55,946 bases of DNA from Paraglomus brasilianum (lineage: Eukaryota): the NCBI GenBank assembly GCA_910592345.1, contig CAJVPI010000092.1:1-55946 (forward strand), given 5' to 3'. This document shows positions 1 to 10,853 of the stretch, one piece after another. A program made the position numbers and the translations under genes. How positions within the stretch are numbered: the stretch's first letter is position 1; every line of letters begins with the position of its first letter. The notes beneath the pieces are model-generated. The model searched no databases and was not told the origin of the DNA. It saw nothing but the letters and a program-made list of their open reading frames with translations.

Positions 1-591
1 TGATTGTATGATTGATAGCATTGTTGAAAAATTAACAATTTTGATATGCTGCATCATCCGGATTATGAAGCATCGATTGTATGATGATTGCATTGTCATG
101 GTACTGTATATCTAAATATAGCTCTGTTGTCAGCTTACTACAGTATTAGTATAGTGATTCAATATTTGATGCAGTTTAATTAATAAACGATTAAACAGCA
201 GATGTGATCAGATCCCATCAAATGAATAGTAGCAATACATCAACTCTGACCTGATCATATTGAACAACTAATGTGTTAATCAATTGTGTTGATTGAATTA
301 ATTGTGAAGAGCAATACAGTAGTGAATCTCAGAGTTAGTGCACTACCAGTAATTATAGATAGGGATAATTTAACTTGAAGATTGCTGAGAAATACAAAAT
401 ACAACAAATCAGATGATTGTCATCGAGATCTTATGAAGAAGTATAGCGTTCATAATAGAGATGATACATAATGTGATATCGTTTTTCGTAGCTTTCACCT
501 GCATTATTCCCGATAGCAATAAATAGCATTTGTACAACTTCTCCTGCATAAATTTACGGGACATCGTCGAAATAGACATCACCATGTGACG

Positions 592-649
592 GTTCCGAAT
601 TGGGTTGACCCAGTTCCGAACTGGGTCAAGTTCTGATTTGGGTCAGAAC
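592..649. repeat. Three short GTTC(C/T)GAxxTGGGT units forming hairpins
   Basis: gttccgaattgggtt / gttccgaactgggtc / gttctgatttgggtc. Perfect 11-bp stem ttgacccagtt-ccg-aactgggtcaa followed by gttctga-tttggg-tcagaac. Confidence 0.6.
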
Positions 650-809
650 AGATATATATAACATTAACGTTAATGTAATTTTTTAATATATAAAAACAGA
701 TTAAAATTTATTATTTATATCAGTTTACATGTGTATAATTAAAAATGCTAATGAATAATAAATGAATAAATAACAAATTGGTTAAAAAATTGACTGGTTA
801 AATAGAGTA

Positions 810-1112
810 TTAGCAGCCCCTTTCGGCAATTGGATACGATCTGGTATCAGGGTATCGGCAATCGGATCGTCTGGCGATTGGATACGAGTCAGGATCGTCA
901 GGATCTGGTTCGAGTCTTTCGGCAATTGGATACGAGTCAGGATTGTCAGGATCGTCAGGATCTGGTTCGAGTCTTTCGGCAATTGGATATGAGGCAACTC
1001 GTTTTAACAATGATTCGGATCTTACGGACATTGCAGCAATCGGATATCCAGGACTTGGCAAAGCATTTGCCGCAGAGAGGATAACTAATAGAAGAATTCC
1101 GGAAAACTTCAT
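810..1112 (-). CDS. Small secreted repeat-peptide precursor (KEX2-processed repeat protein / RiPP-precursor-like), 100 aa, 5x YPIA
   Basis: Signal peptide MKFSGILLLVILSAANA, LLKR dibasic site, repeats SYPIAERLEPDPDDPD(NPD), an RR site and a terminal SYPIAERGC. Intronless. TATAAAA about 60-70 bp upstream on the minus strand. Confidence 0.8.
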   Translation of the reverse strand: MKFSGILLLVILSAANALPSPGYPIAAMSVRSESLLKRVASYPIAERLEPDPDDPDNPDSYPIAERLEPDPDDPDSYPIARRSDCRYPDTRSYPIAERGC

Positions 1113-1169
1113 GATAATTGTAATAGAAAATTGGCTTTTCTTATTATCTCAGAGCAAGCAAAATTACAG

Positions 1170-1182
1170 CCTTTTTTATAAG
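1170..1182 (-). promoter_or_regulatory. Putative TATA box of the peptide-precursor gene
   Basis: Minus strand reads CTTATAAAAAAG about 60-70 bp upstream of the ATG at 1112. Confidence 0.4.
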
Positions 1183-1270
1183 AAAAAAGAGGTTGGCTGA
1201 TCTTTTAATTATTCCTTTTACTTTCGTCGTTCATAATTTTTTCCCGTTATTTAAAAAAGGAATGTTTTGT

Positions 1271-1639
1271 GAGGTCCCATTTATTTCACCGAAAATCACT
1301 TCGGCAAGGTGAGAAATAATCCTACGTTTTGCCGATTTGTCGGTGTCAGTAAAGTAATTTATACCAGATACGTACTAGACTTGCAATTTTTTTTTACCCC
1401 ACATCCGCTATGTTCAAATTAAGACAGGAGCCAGCATATGATTTAAACGTGACAACTTTTATTTCCTTTTTCTTTATTGTTTATACCAAAACTTAAAATG
1501 AAGTAGATTTTCAATCCACCAAAAATTTTATTACGTTTTCACATGGGGTCCTTCACATGTACGGCATTCATTACCAGAAATTGGTTTTTTGGCAGTTTTT
1601 GTCGGTGAAATAATTTTCGGTGGAATGAACCAGACCCTG
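1271..1639. mobile_element. Degenerate MITE-like element with imperfect terminal inverted repeats
   Basis: Left gaggtcccatttatttcaccgaaaatcacttc versus reverse complement of right end cagggtctggttcattccaccgaaaattatttc. No clear TSD. Confidence 0.4.
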
Positions 1640-1645
1640 TATTAG

Positions 1646-1774
1646 TTGGAGAAAATTATAGCAAATTCTTCAACTGAGATTGATAAACTTAACGCTAGAA
1701 TCGCGGGGCTAGAGAAACATAAGTCAGCCACCACTAAACTCGAGTCTGAGAATGCAGAATTTAAGAATAGATTT
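1646..1774 (+). pseudogene. Coiled-coil gene fragment (LEKIIANSSTEIDKLNARIAGLEKHKSATTKLESENAEFKNRF)
   Basis: Heptad-like fragment with no ATG, bounded by the putative MITE and a TA-CAGTC motif. Resembles repetitive coiled-coil N-termini of expanded Glomeromycotina families (recalled, not searched). Confidence 0.35.
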
Positions 1775-2181
1775 ACAGTCTACATATACGTACATAACTG
1801 TGTCATATGATAATCGTGAGTACTTTGCCTATCACTACATGATCTGACCAAATAAGTGATGAGCATTGTCACATTTCCCCGGGGAAAATAATACATGCTG
1901 TATATCATAAGAGACTCTTTTCACGGTATATGATATGAGTTCGAAAAAAGAAACAAACTGCCGAAAGGCTCGATAAGACTTTTTTCGCTTTCAGGTGATC
2001 AGTCTCACATGACTGTCAACGATAATTTTGACCAATACAAAGCTTTACACGACCAAATCAAACGTTCGTGGTACTGCTTATTATTATTATTATTATAGAT
2101 GAAAATGGGTTTGAACGTAATTAAAGATAAGTATATCTTAGTAAATATCTCTTTAGCTATGAAAAAACTTACTAATCGATT

Positions 2182-2508
2182 TTAGTGTCGGTATGGAGAA
2201 TATAAATTTTTGAAGGGCTCTAGAAGATGATGTCGATGATGAATTCGGAACAAACGATGATACTTAAAATGATGGACGATTGATAATGATATCGAAGAAG
2301 TTGATGATTGATGGGATCCTAGTAAATTATTAACCGGACATGTTGAAGTTCTACAAATTCTTTCGTTTACTGACTGTGTTACAAACGGTAGTGCACACAC
2401 AGCCTAGCGTATTTCATACAACAATTCAACGACCGTACGACTTTTTATAATTTTCAATACGAAATCTATCCATTTCTCCACACAAGCTCACATCTCTTTT
2501 TTTGGCAT
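2182..2508 (-). pseudogene. Decayed ORF remnant
   Basis: One frame reads MPKKEM*ACVEKWIDFVLKIIKSRTVVELLYEIR*AVCALPFVTQSVNERIC..., with TGA/TAG stops that could derive from CGA/CAG. Confidence 0.25.
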
Positions 2509-3559
2509 CTGCTTTTCAACATATACTGTATGTCACATGTGATGCGTGTGTTTAGAATAAGCTTTTTGTGTACCCTTGTGCTCGATAGTTCCTGTATCGA
2601 CCAACAGTACGACAAGAAATATGTATTGGTCATTTCATGTGTTTTCTTTAGAATTAAGTCAATTTATTATTACTTGGAAGTTTATTGAAGATTTGTTATT
2701 GTTGTATGTCAATTTGTAATTTATGTTATTTCCAAATTGACATACAACAAGTTGATATCGTAATGTCAATAAATACTTTTATAATGTTATTACTTGATTG
2801 TCTTTGCGATCACAGCTGTTTAGAATCGATATATGTTATTTCCGAATGGACACAAATTTCAAACTGACATACAACAGTAGTTTATTATTATAAATTATGA
2901 AGAAAAGCCATTCGAATGGGGAGCTGACCTGATCAACAGAGTGTAACGAGAGAAAAAAATGGTTTCCGAAATTGACTTTGTCTTGTAAACTTCAGTAGTG
3001 GTCATAAGTATTCGAACGGGACACGAATAGGATTCCTTTTTGTATGTTTTTTTATAGAATTTTTTTTTGATTTTATAATAAATAGATTCTCTTCGTTCCT
3101 TTTTTTTGTTTTTTTTTCGCGTTAAACAATTTGAAAATTTCCTCATGCATTCTTCAGGCGTGTAACGTCCATAAATCTGTCTATTTCAATCCATTTTAAA
3201 CAACTTAGTCGATTATTATAAAAATTAATATATCTAAATACTTTTAGTTTTATACATGTATATCTGTAACGGGATTCAATTTTAATGCACAGAGTGCACG
3301 GACTTCGATATATATTTTACAGGCGAAAAAAAAGTAATCTTGTTTATATAGTAAAAATCGAGTAATGATATTAATATATTGCGCAAAGCGCCTATCCATG
3401 CGATAAATTATATACTACGTATTATGTTTTCAATTCTACCAGGACTTAATGTTTGTTAGTTAGTTAGTTTATATATTTCGCCGTTACGATTCGATGCTTG
3501 ACAAAACGAACCGCTCAGAATTAAATAAATCCGGATGATCCATTGATTTGACACACTTG

Positions 3560-4580
3560 CTGAGCTTAATAGAGGTAGCAGACTGTTGGGATGTAGTCAA
3601 TGGGAAAGCCAACAGAAATTCCAATCAGTAGCTTATCTTGCCAATGAATTAGCACAAGTGCAGTAACAACTAAAGAATCAGAAAAATGAAATACAAGAAT
3701 TAAAGAGTGATTACAGAATGCATATGATGAAGTGATTTCACAGAAATGCATGAGACATTTGTATGGAAAACAATGAGAAATAAACAAGAATCTTATCAAT
3801 CATAATACTGCAATCAGGACAAACTGTTATTTAAATCATTAATCATGTAGCTTGAATGGAAGTCTTTATGTGAAGACATTGAATCCTTGATTGGTAACCA
3901 CAACCAGTTTTCCTTAGAAAGCTTATTGCAATATATGCTGCAGACATGGCTAAGTAGACACAATCAAGTTATTGTAAAGTTTAAATGAACATAATGTTCA
4001 CCAATGATGACAAGCTGTACAAAAGGGCATTGGATGGTCCACTACAACAAGATCAGAAACATATACAAGACAATTCCATTAAATTAACCAATGGCAGCAT
4101 TTCCATTCTCCTTGCTTGCCTCTGCAAGTATCTTGGGGCCAGTGAGACAACCAAAAAGTTGAAAACATACAGTATTCAAGTGATTGGTACAAAGATTTAT
4201 TTATTGTGATAATAATAATGTATACTAATTATGCAGTAATATTTATTGTTTTTACTGTGTTGCAGAGAATCAGATTACATTACTGGAGACATCACTTTAC
4301 AGACCATGATTGTGCAAGATGATTGAGGTTAGAAATGGGAGTTTCCTTCTGCTTTGTCCTCTATAGGAGAGTACATGGGTGTTTTTGAGCTTCTTGCATG
4401 CTATGTTAATGTGGTATGTTTATTTACTTTGTATGTTTAAACCTGGATGATTGCTAGCTTTATGCATGCTTAGGATGGATTAATTGAATGCCATAATGTC
4501 ATGCAGGAGTTATCTAATGAGGTTAACAGGAGTGAAGAAACTAAGTTCAGAAAGCCTGAAGGCCTGGTAGATCAAGGAAT
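3560..4580 (+). pseudogene. Decayed multi-exon lineage-specific gene, possibly restriction-endonuclease-like fold
   Basis: Fragments LEWKSLCEDIESLIG..., HIQDNSIKLTNGSISILLACLCKYLGASETTKKLKTYSIQVI|intron|ENQITLLETSL...MIEVR. Stops and frameshifts present; region is CpG-free. Confidence 0.45.
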
Positions 4581-4883
4581 AAGCAACTTATATATAATGT
4601 GGAGAGCTAATACACAGTGAACCTGGATATAACAAATTTGGCTTATTATATAATGAAGCTTTTTTGCTGTTCAGAAAATTTTAATAATAATATAACAAAG
4701 TTAATTTTAAATCCCTTGATACTGGATATACCAAAGGGAAACCCCATACCATCATATTTAAAAGGCCCTCAATAGACTGAAGTTTGCACAACTATTGTTA
4801 TATATTGTCTTGAATGACAAATGTCTTCATTGTATAAAGACTATCATCATTATATGCTTCTTGTACAACCATTATTATATATA

Positions 4884-5505
4884 CAGTCACTCTTGATAAA
4901 ATGAAGCTGACCAAAAGGTTCATATTATCAAAGGTTTATTATAACAAAAAATTTTGTTATAATGAAGGCCATACTTGGGTCATGTGAAACATCATTATAT
5001 CAAGCAAAATTTCTTATTAGCAGTATTTAAATAAACTATTCTATCTTAAAAATGAATCTAAGGTGCCTTGTCACTTAGCATTAATTGAATGTAAAAGTTT
5101 TTTTTTTCTTTATACTTAGCAGGCTCCACTTGAGTCAAATTAGGTTGAGCTTTCTTTTTTAAACACACATCACTTTTTGAACACCTGTTAAAGTAACCCG
5201 CTTTATTGCAGGTTTTTTACTAACTATACTTTTATTGTTCATCTGTTTTTTTATTGTTGCGAACGAATAAGAATTTATGATAATAATAAAAGCATCGAAA
5301 TCTTGATTAATTGGTTTAATGCTCATTTTACTAAACTTGGTTCTGTATAAATCGCACAAAAACATCATTATAACGTTATATCGCAAGATTATAAGTATCT
5401 TCATTATATCGATCCCGATTTTATTATAACTGATTTGGTTCCCGGGAAAAGCATCATATTAGGCCACTTCATCTTATCGGGGGATCATTATATCGAGAGT
5501 GACTG
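4884..5505 (-). mobile_element. Non-autonomous pogo/Tigger-type element carrying a 5' transposase remnant
   Basis: TIRs cagtcactcttgataaaatg (4884) and cattatatcgagagtgactg (ending 5505), TA on the left flank. Internal minus-strand KRVTLTGVQKVMC resembles the HTH start RAALTGAQK at ~5735. Confidence 0.7.
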
Positions 5506-5558
5506 TGTAGTCAAGTATTAATAAAGCCTCGCCGAATTGCGATTGTATTTTCTATTTA

Positions 5559-5654
5559 CAGTCATCTCCTTTATAGTCACAACCTCTTTATAAGCACACT
5601 TTTAACAAAAGTTGCATTGTTCCCAACAGTGTGACTATAGAAAAGGGTTGACTG
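5559..5654. mobile_element. 96-bp pogo-type MITE with TA target-site duplication
   Basis: TA-cagtcatctcctttatagtcaca ... tgtgactatagaaaagggttgactg-TA. Confidence 0.75.
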
Positions 5655-5715
5655 TAATTCTGAATGGAGTTATCAAATGGTCAATTTATTAGTTCTTTTG
5701 ACTGAGGTCGCGAAA

Positions 5716-6790
5716 TATAAAACCAAAAATTCTAGAGCAGCATTAACTGGAGCGCAAAAAAAAAGACATATGTCAGAAAAAACTAAACAATCCTTCTTTT
5801 ACCAACAAAGAACTTGATAGGCTTTTTCATTGTGGGGAGTCAACAGTGAGCGAAATATTGATGAATAAAGAACGTTGATGAAACATCGTTACCAGGAAGA
5901 TCAAAACGTTGTCGTCAGAGTGATTATCCAAATGTTGAAGAGGCATGGGTCTTTGGATCGAAAACGCTGTTCGCGATAACATAACACTCACAGACCATAT
6001 TATAAAACAAAAAACAAGGCAATTTACCACATTGTTTGAATACCAGGGTTTTAGTGCAGCAAATGAGTGGTTGCATGGATTTAAAAAAAGAAATAACTTA
6101 CAGTCCTACAAAAAGTGCGGTAAAGCAGGGAGTGTTAATAGCGATCTTTTACCACAACAAAGATCTGAATTAAAATTAATTTTAGCTGACTATAATGCAT
6201 GCGACATATTTAACTGTGATGAAATTGGAAATTAGAACCGCGAAAATTCTCGCTCATGGGCCTGTCAGTGGAAAGAAATTGGTAAAAGATCGTGTCTCTC
6301 TTTTAGTTACGTGCAAAGCAGCTGGAGATGAAAAGTTACTACTTCTGTTTATTCATAATGTTAAAAATCCTCGAGCTATGCGTGGTATTGATAAAGAATC
6401 TTTGGGAGTTTGGTATTACCACAATAAATCAGCTTGGATGCAGCGGTCGATCTTCGCTAGTTATCTTAATCAACTGAATAAAATATATCGTCAGAAGAAT
6501 CGAAAAATTATCTTACTCGTAGGTAATGTCTCAAGTCATATGACTGATAATCTCGAACAGTCGAATGTTAGAGTAATTTTTTTATCGCCGAACACCATTA
6601 GTCAACTGTAACCTCTGAACCAAGGCATAATATACAGCCTAAAGGTATTAATTGTTGGTCGGACTTATTACTATGTACGTTTTTAATGAAATAAACTTAT
6701 TAGGCTCAATATCGCAAGATCTTATGCTCCTATTTAATTGATCAGTATGATGACGCTACTCTGGAACTGCCGAAAATTGATTTTCCCACA
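5716..6790 (+). pseudogene. pogo/Tigger (CENP-B HTH + DDE_1) transposase pseudogene
   Basis: FSAANEWLHGFKKRNNL, IFNCDE, KDRVSLLVTC, YYHNKSAWM, ILLVGNVSSH (DN changed to GN), FLSPNTISQL*PLNQGIIYSLK|intron|AQYRK. Multiple frameshifts and stops. Confidence 0.9.
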
Positions 6791-7689
6791 GTTGGCGTCA
6801 TCCTTATCACTTACACCGATCCTTCAAGGCAACACCTGATAGGTATGCCTGTTTTGGTCGATTTTTGCGGGTCCAACCCTTGTCCAGTTAAAAAGGGAGA
6901 TACGTTTAATCGAACGGGTACGACAGAGGCGCCGGAATTACCCGAACATTGCTATTAGTAGTGAACAGAGAGCAATATATGCTTGTGCGATAGTTACAGT
7001 CTGATGAGTATAATCACTTGAGCTATCGAACAAATCTTCATCATTTGTAATGTATCATTACATTCTCGTATCAGCTGAATTGTGCGTGTAATCAAGTATC
7101 AAAGGTTGACATATTTACAAATTCATGTTGATTTCTGTATTCAAAAGTGAAGGCATTGCGAGAATTTTCTTATTATAATATTTTTTGGGGGCTGTGCCCC
7201 TTCGTGCTTATTTTACATTGATTGAAAATTCGTGTTTCTTGGTGTAAGAAGAATACTGAAAGGAAGCGTCAGCAGAGCGTTGACGATGTATGCGCGCAGT
7301 GTTTTGAAAATTTCCAAGTTTTTCCAATTGCATATAAGACCACATTGTCCAGACTGGACGTAGTCTAAACCGAGAATCATACCACATTAATGGTAATCGT
7401 TGTTCGCCGTTATTTAAGAGAAAACCTATAATTAGACGAGAATAATGGGCATGTTCATTGTGTATTTCATTTAGTAAGACGTATGGAAGCATTACTATAT
7501 CTGATTGGTGTACACAAGGAGCAGATTCGTTTGGCCTTTTCAATAGATCTACCCTTTTTTTTTCTCTCTCCTTTTTTCGAAGTACGTTGGTTCCAGTAAA
7601 TAGTGTTATCTAATATATTGCAATTATCCATCACAGAAAACGTGGTTTAGAATGCAAGAGGGATGCGCATACAAAATAGAAAGATTTTG

Positions 7690-7846
7690 GTGTTACCCTT
7701 CTTATATCGAGAGAGGCTTTCTTATAAAATCTCAGTACAAACTTTCTTATATCTAATATCGAGAGATTTATAGTAAAAATTGGGACCAGCAAAAACCCTT
7801 TCTTATAGGCTATCTTTCTTATATCGAAGGGTTGAGCCACTTGTAT
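7690..7846. mobile_element. Terminal remnant of a pogo-like element with subterminal TTCTTATATC repeats
   Basis: Several ttcttata(tc) copies ending in ...ccacttgTA. A related end TAcaagtggtctcgatataa lies at 11156. Confidence 0.5.
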
Positions 7847-7951
7847 TAATATAAATTAGCAAAACACCAATCATCTCTCGTGGATGTGTGTAACATGTCA
7901 GCATGTAAAATTTTATGTATACGCGTCTGTCATTTTTACTCGTACTCCAAA

Positions 7952-10853
7952 ATGTCTTCTCAGATTTATTATAGATATTTCACTGATTTTCAGAAGAATC
8001 CCGAACGTTGGTCACTAGCAGATTTTGACGCGTGGGCCATTGCCAATGTTCCTGGCGCCAACATTATAGTAGCACACCGATCCTTTTATAAGTTTTTGAA
8101 AACAGTGTGTGCATCAAACGAAAACGGAATCAACTATACTCGTCGTCTGTTGGAGACAAAAAAGGTCAGTGCTACTTTTCGACTAATACAAAGAGTGACG
8201 ACTGTGGATGGTGGATCGCTTTGCAACTCTTGCTGACTACGCCTTGGCGGAGGATCCAAACTTGCCGAATCGGGGGACCAGCTCCTAACTACGACTCTGG
8301 AGACTGTCTAAACCTTTCCCGATCACCTTGCTGCCCTTTGCTGACTACGCCTTGGCAAGGGTGGGTTAGGCGGAGGTCCTCCATTGCTGTCGTGTATTTT
8401 CTCAATATGTGCAGTTGCTCTCCACGTCCAGATGTTAATAACCTTCACATATTTTGATAAGGATGATGTAAAAGCAAATAGATCACTTTGGTATAATACA
8501 GACGCTTTGCAAATGGTTTATCAAGCAACCGAAGTCGTTAGGGCGCATACTGAACTTGATAATCTCACAATAAATCGTGTCGGAAAGCTTATCGGTCAAA
8601 AAAGAGTAATAATTTGCTTTGCTAATTGATTTGCTTTTATGAAATAGCACTAATGTTTATCATTGGCAAGGATTGTGCCAATTGCAAGCAACCAAAGTTT
8701 ATGAAAATACTGATGAAATTATGGCTTTGACACATTAGGGGGTGGATGATGACTCGGAATTAGAATCAGACTATCTCTCATCGTAAGGTTATCTTTGTGT
8801 GTTATTGTTATTAATTTACAGTTTAACATTCCACTTTTTATGCATTTAATACCACCAGAGAGGATGAACAAGAAAAGGAATATGCTAATGAGGTGAGATA
8901 TTTAGTCTTTTAAGATTCAGGAAACAGCATAAGCTGCATAGCACTGTGTTCTACTGCCTTAAGCCCAGATGCTAATCCAACAGCTTTTGTAATTATCAGG
9001 ATGACTCAGCTACATGTAGCCAAAATCATGAGAGAAAAAGATGAAACATTGACTATAATGAATGTCAAGACATGTACACCACACCCAATACCAAGAGATG
9101 TGCACCATCTGGAACTAATAGTGATAGTGTCAGTATTATAATAATATTATTTTGTTTATATGAGTTTTTTTACTGATTATTTACAACTGGCTGACATACA
9201 AAAGTATGTGAGTGATGACTCTGATGGGAGTGATGAGGACTGTGAACCAATACCAAAGTTAAATATAGATGAAATTGGATTTGATGAATTTATTGATCAA
9301 GGGGATGAACTGGTAAGGTTTATTATGTCACAGTAATTAAAGCATGATTTCATCATTATAATAGAATTTCTTAGTTTGTTTTTGAAGGGAAGAATATTTC
9401 ACAGTTATTTAAATCATATTGATCAGAAGTATTGGCCATGGCAAAAAATTCAGGATTGTTACTTACAGAAAACTATCAGGAAATTTTGTAAGCATAATTG
9501 TAATGGAATGATTTTTGTTAGCAGCTTAACTGACATCTACTCTTTAAAATTTTTAGGAGTATGTCACATATTCTCCTACTGCAAGCTGACAACTACTCTG
9601 ACATTCAGATCAAAAAATTCTCAAGAGATACACTGGAGGATCTGAGAAAAAATATCAAGTCAACAGTTCTTGAGAAGAAAAAAATACCTAGAAACCTCAA
9701 GTCAATCTTTCAAGAATATGTTGAGGTATGAATGCTTTACATTATTACTTCAAATGTAATCTTCACTAATAATTTCATTTTAGATTGCTTTAGATGATGA
9801 TTATGGATTGGATGAGCTTCGAAAATCAATCATAGAGTCTTACTCAAAGAAATTTGATGACGCCGAAGAGAATGAACTATTCCTGAGGATGCAGTTGTTA
9901 TTTCAACAACTGTGAGTATGAGATCTATTGAATCCTATCTTAGAATCCTTGTCTCATTTATTAATTTTTTCTACAGGGCTGTTAACCTTCCAGTACGCCA
10001 GTTAAAAGAAAAAACGAGTGAAGGAACATTAGTGGCTAATTTTATCAGTCCTATATTACGAATGTTTTTCCATAATGCTTCTTGTCATGCGACTGTATGG
10101 CCGAATACTGCCAGCGCAAGCGCAAAAGTTCGTAAGATGGCAAATAATGACCCTTCTCGTGCGAAACAGCCCGACATGATCGGAGAAGTTATTCATAACG
10201 GTATGTATGGAGATTGCCATGGACGTATAAATAAACCAGTAATGTTACCTTTTTTTTAATACTTTTAACATAAAAAGGGAAGTTTGCGTATGAACTTATG
10301 TTTGGGGAGGTTACAGGCGATGGTAATAACAACGACAAGAAGAATATTATTGATCTGATTAGAATAGGGATTTTTATGAAGGACTCCCTTGACCTGATTC
10401 TGCAGAAAACAAACGTAAATAGCGTTTTGTTCGGATGGCAATGTATTGGTAAGCGAAGACAACTCATTTCAGTTAAAATTATTCTAACCAACTGTAACAT
10501 CTCTGTGGTGAATAGTGTTCAGATGGACCGGCTACTTTATGGTTTTAGTAGCACCTGGTATTTATGTAATGATTGAAGTTGGCAATGTAGACTTGCCAAA
10601 GTCGTTTGATACTTGTGCCACATTTCTCAGTGGATTAGATACCCTGCGAACATTTCAGGTATGGTTACCGAAACGTCCGAACTTTTTATACACATTGACT
10701 GACGAAATATCTCTTTAGATGGCGTATGAACGAATTGCAAAAGAAGTCCTTTCGGCGATAAATAAGGATCAAGAATCTGAAAGTGCTAAGTCAAAACAAT
10801 GGAATCGACCGACTCTTTCAACGCCGGCGTTTAAAAAAATTATCCGTTTATGA
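7952..10853 (+). pseudogene. Multi-exon lineage-specific gene with C-terminal PD-(D/E)xK-like nuclease fold; middle exons carry nonsense codons
   Basis: Spliced C-terminus ...SEGTLVANFISPILRMFF...AKQPDMIGEVIHN|GKFAYELMFGEVTG...DLIRIGIFMKDSLD...FGWQCI|...PGIYVMIEVGNVDLPKS...RPTLSTPAFKKIIRL*. Exon 3 (~8671-8782) has a stop in every frame; central part is CpG-free. Confidence 0.6.

Noticed and set aside
870..995. Repeat-spacer pattern as a possible CRISPR array
   Set aside because: Units are in-frame coding repeats with near-identical spacers, the context is eukaryotic, and there are no cas genes.
782..1200. Overlapping repeat ORFs 782-997(-), 830-1084(+) and 943-1200(+)
   Set aside because: Shadow frames of the YPIA repeat gene. 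Only 810-1112(-) has an ATG, a signal peptide and a TATA box.
2895..3146. Lys-rich 83-aa ORF
   Set aside because: Driven by poly-A/T runs, with no recognisable motif.
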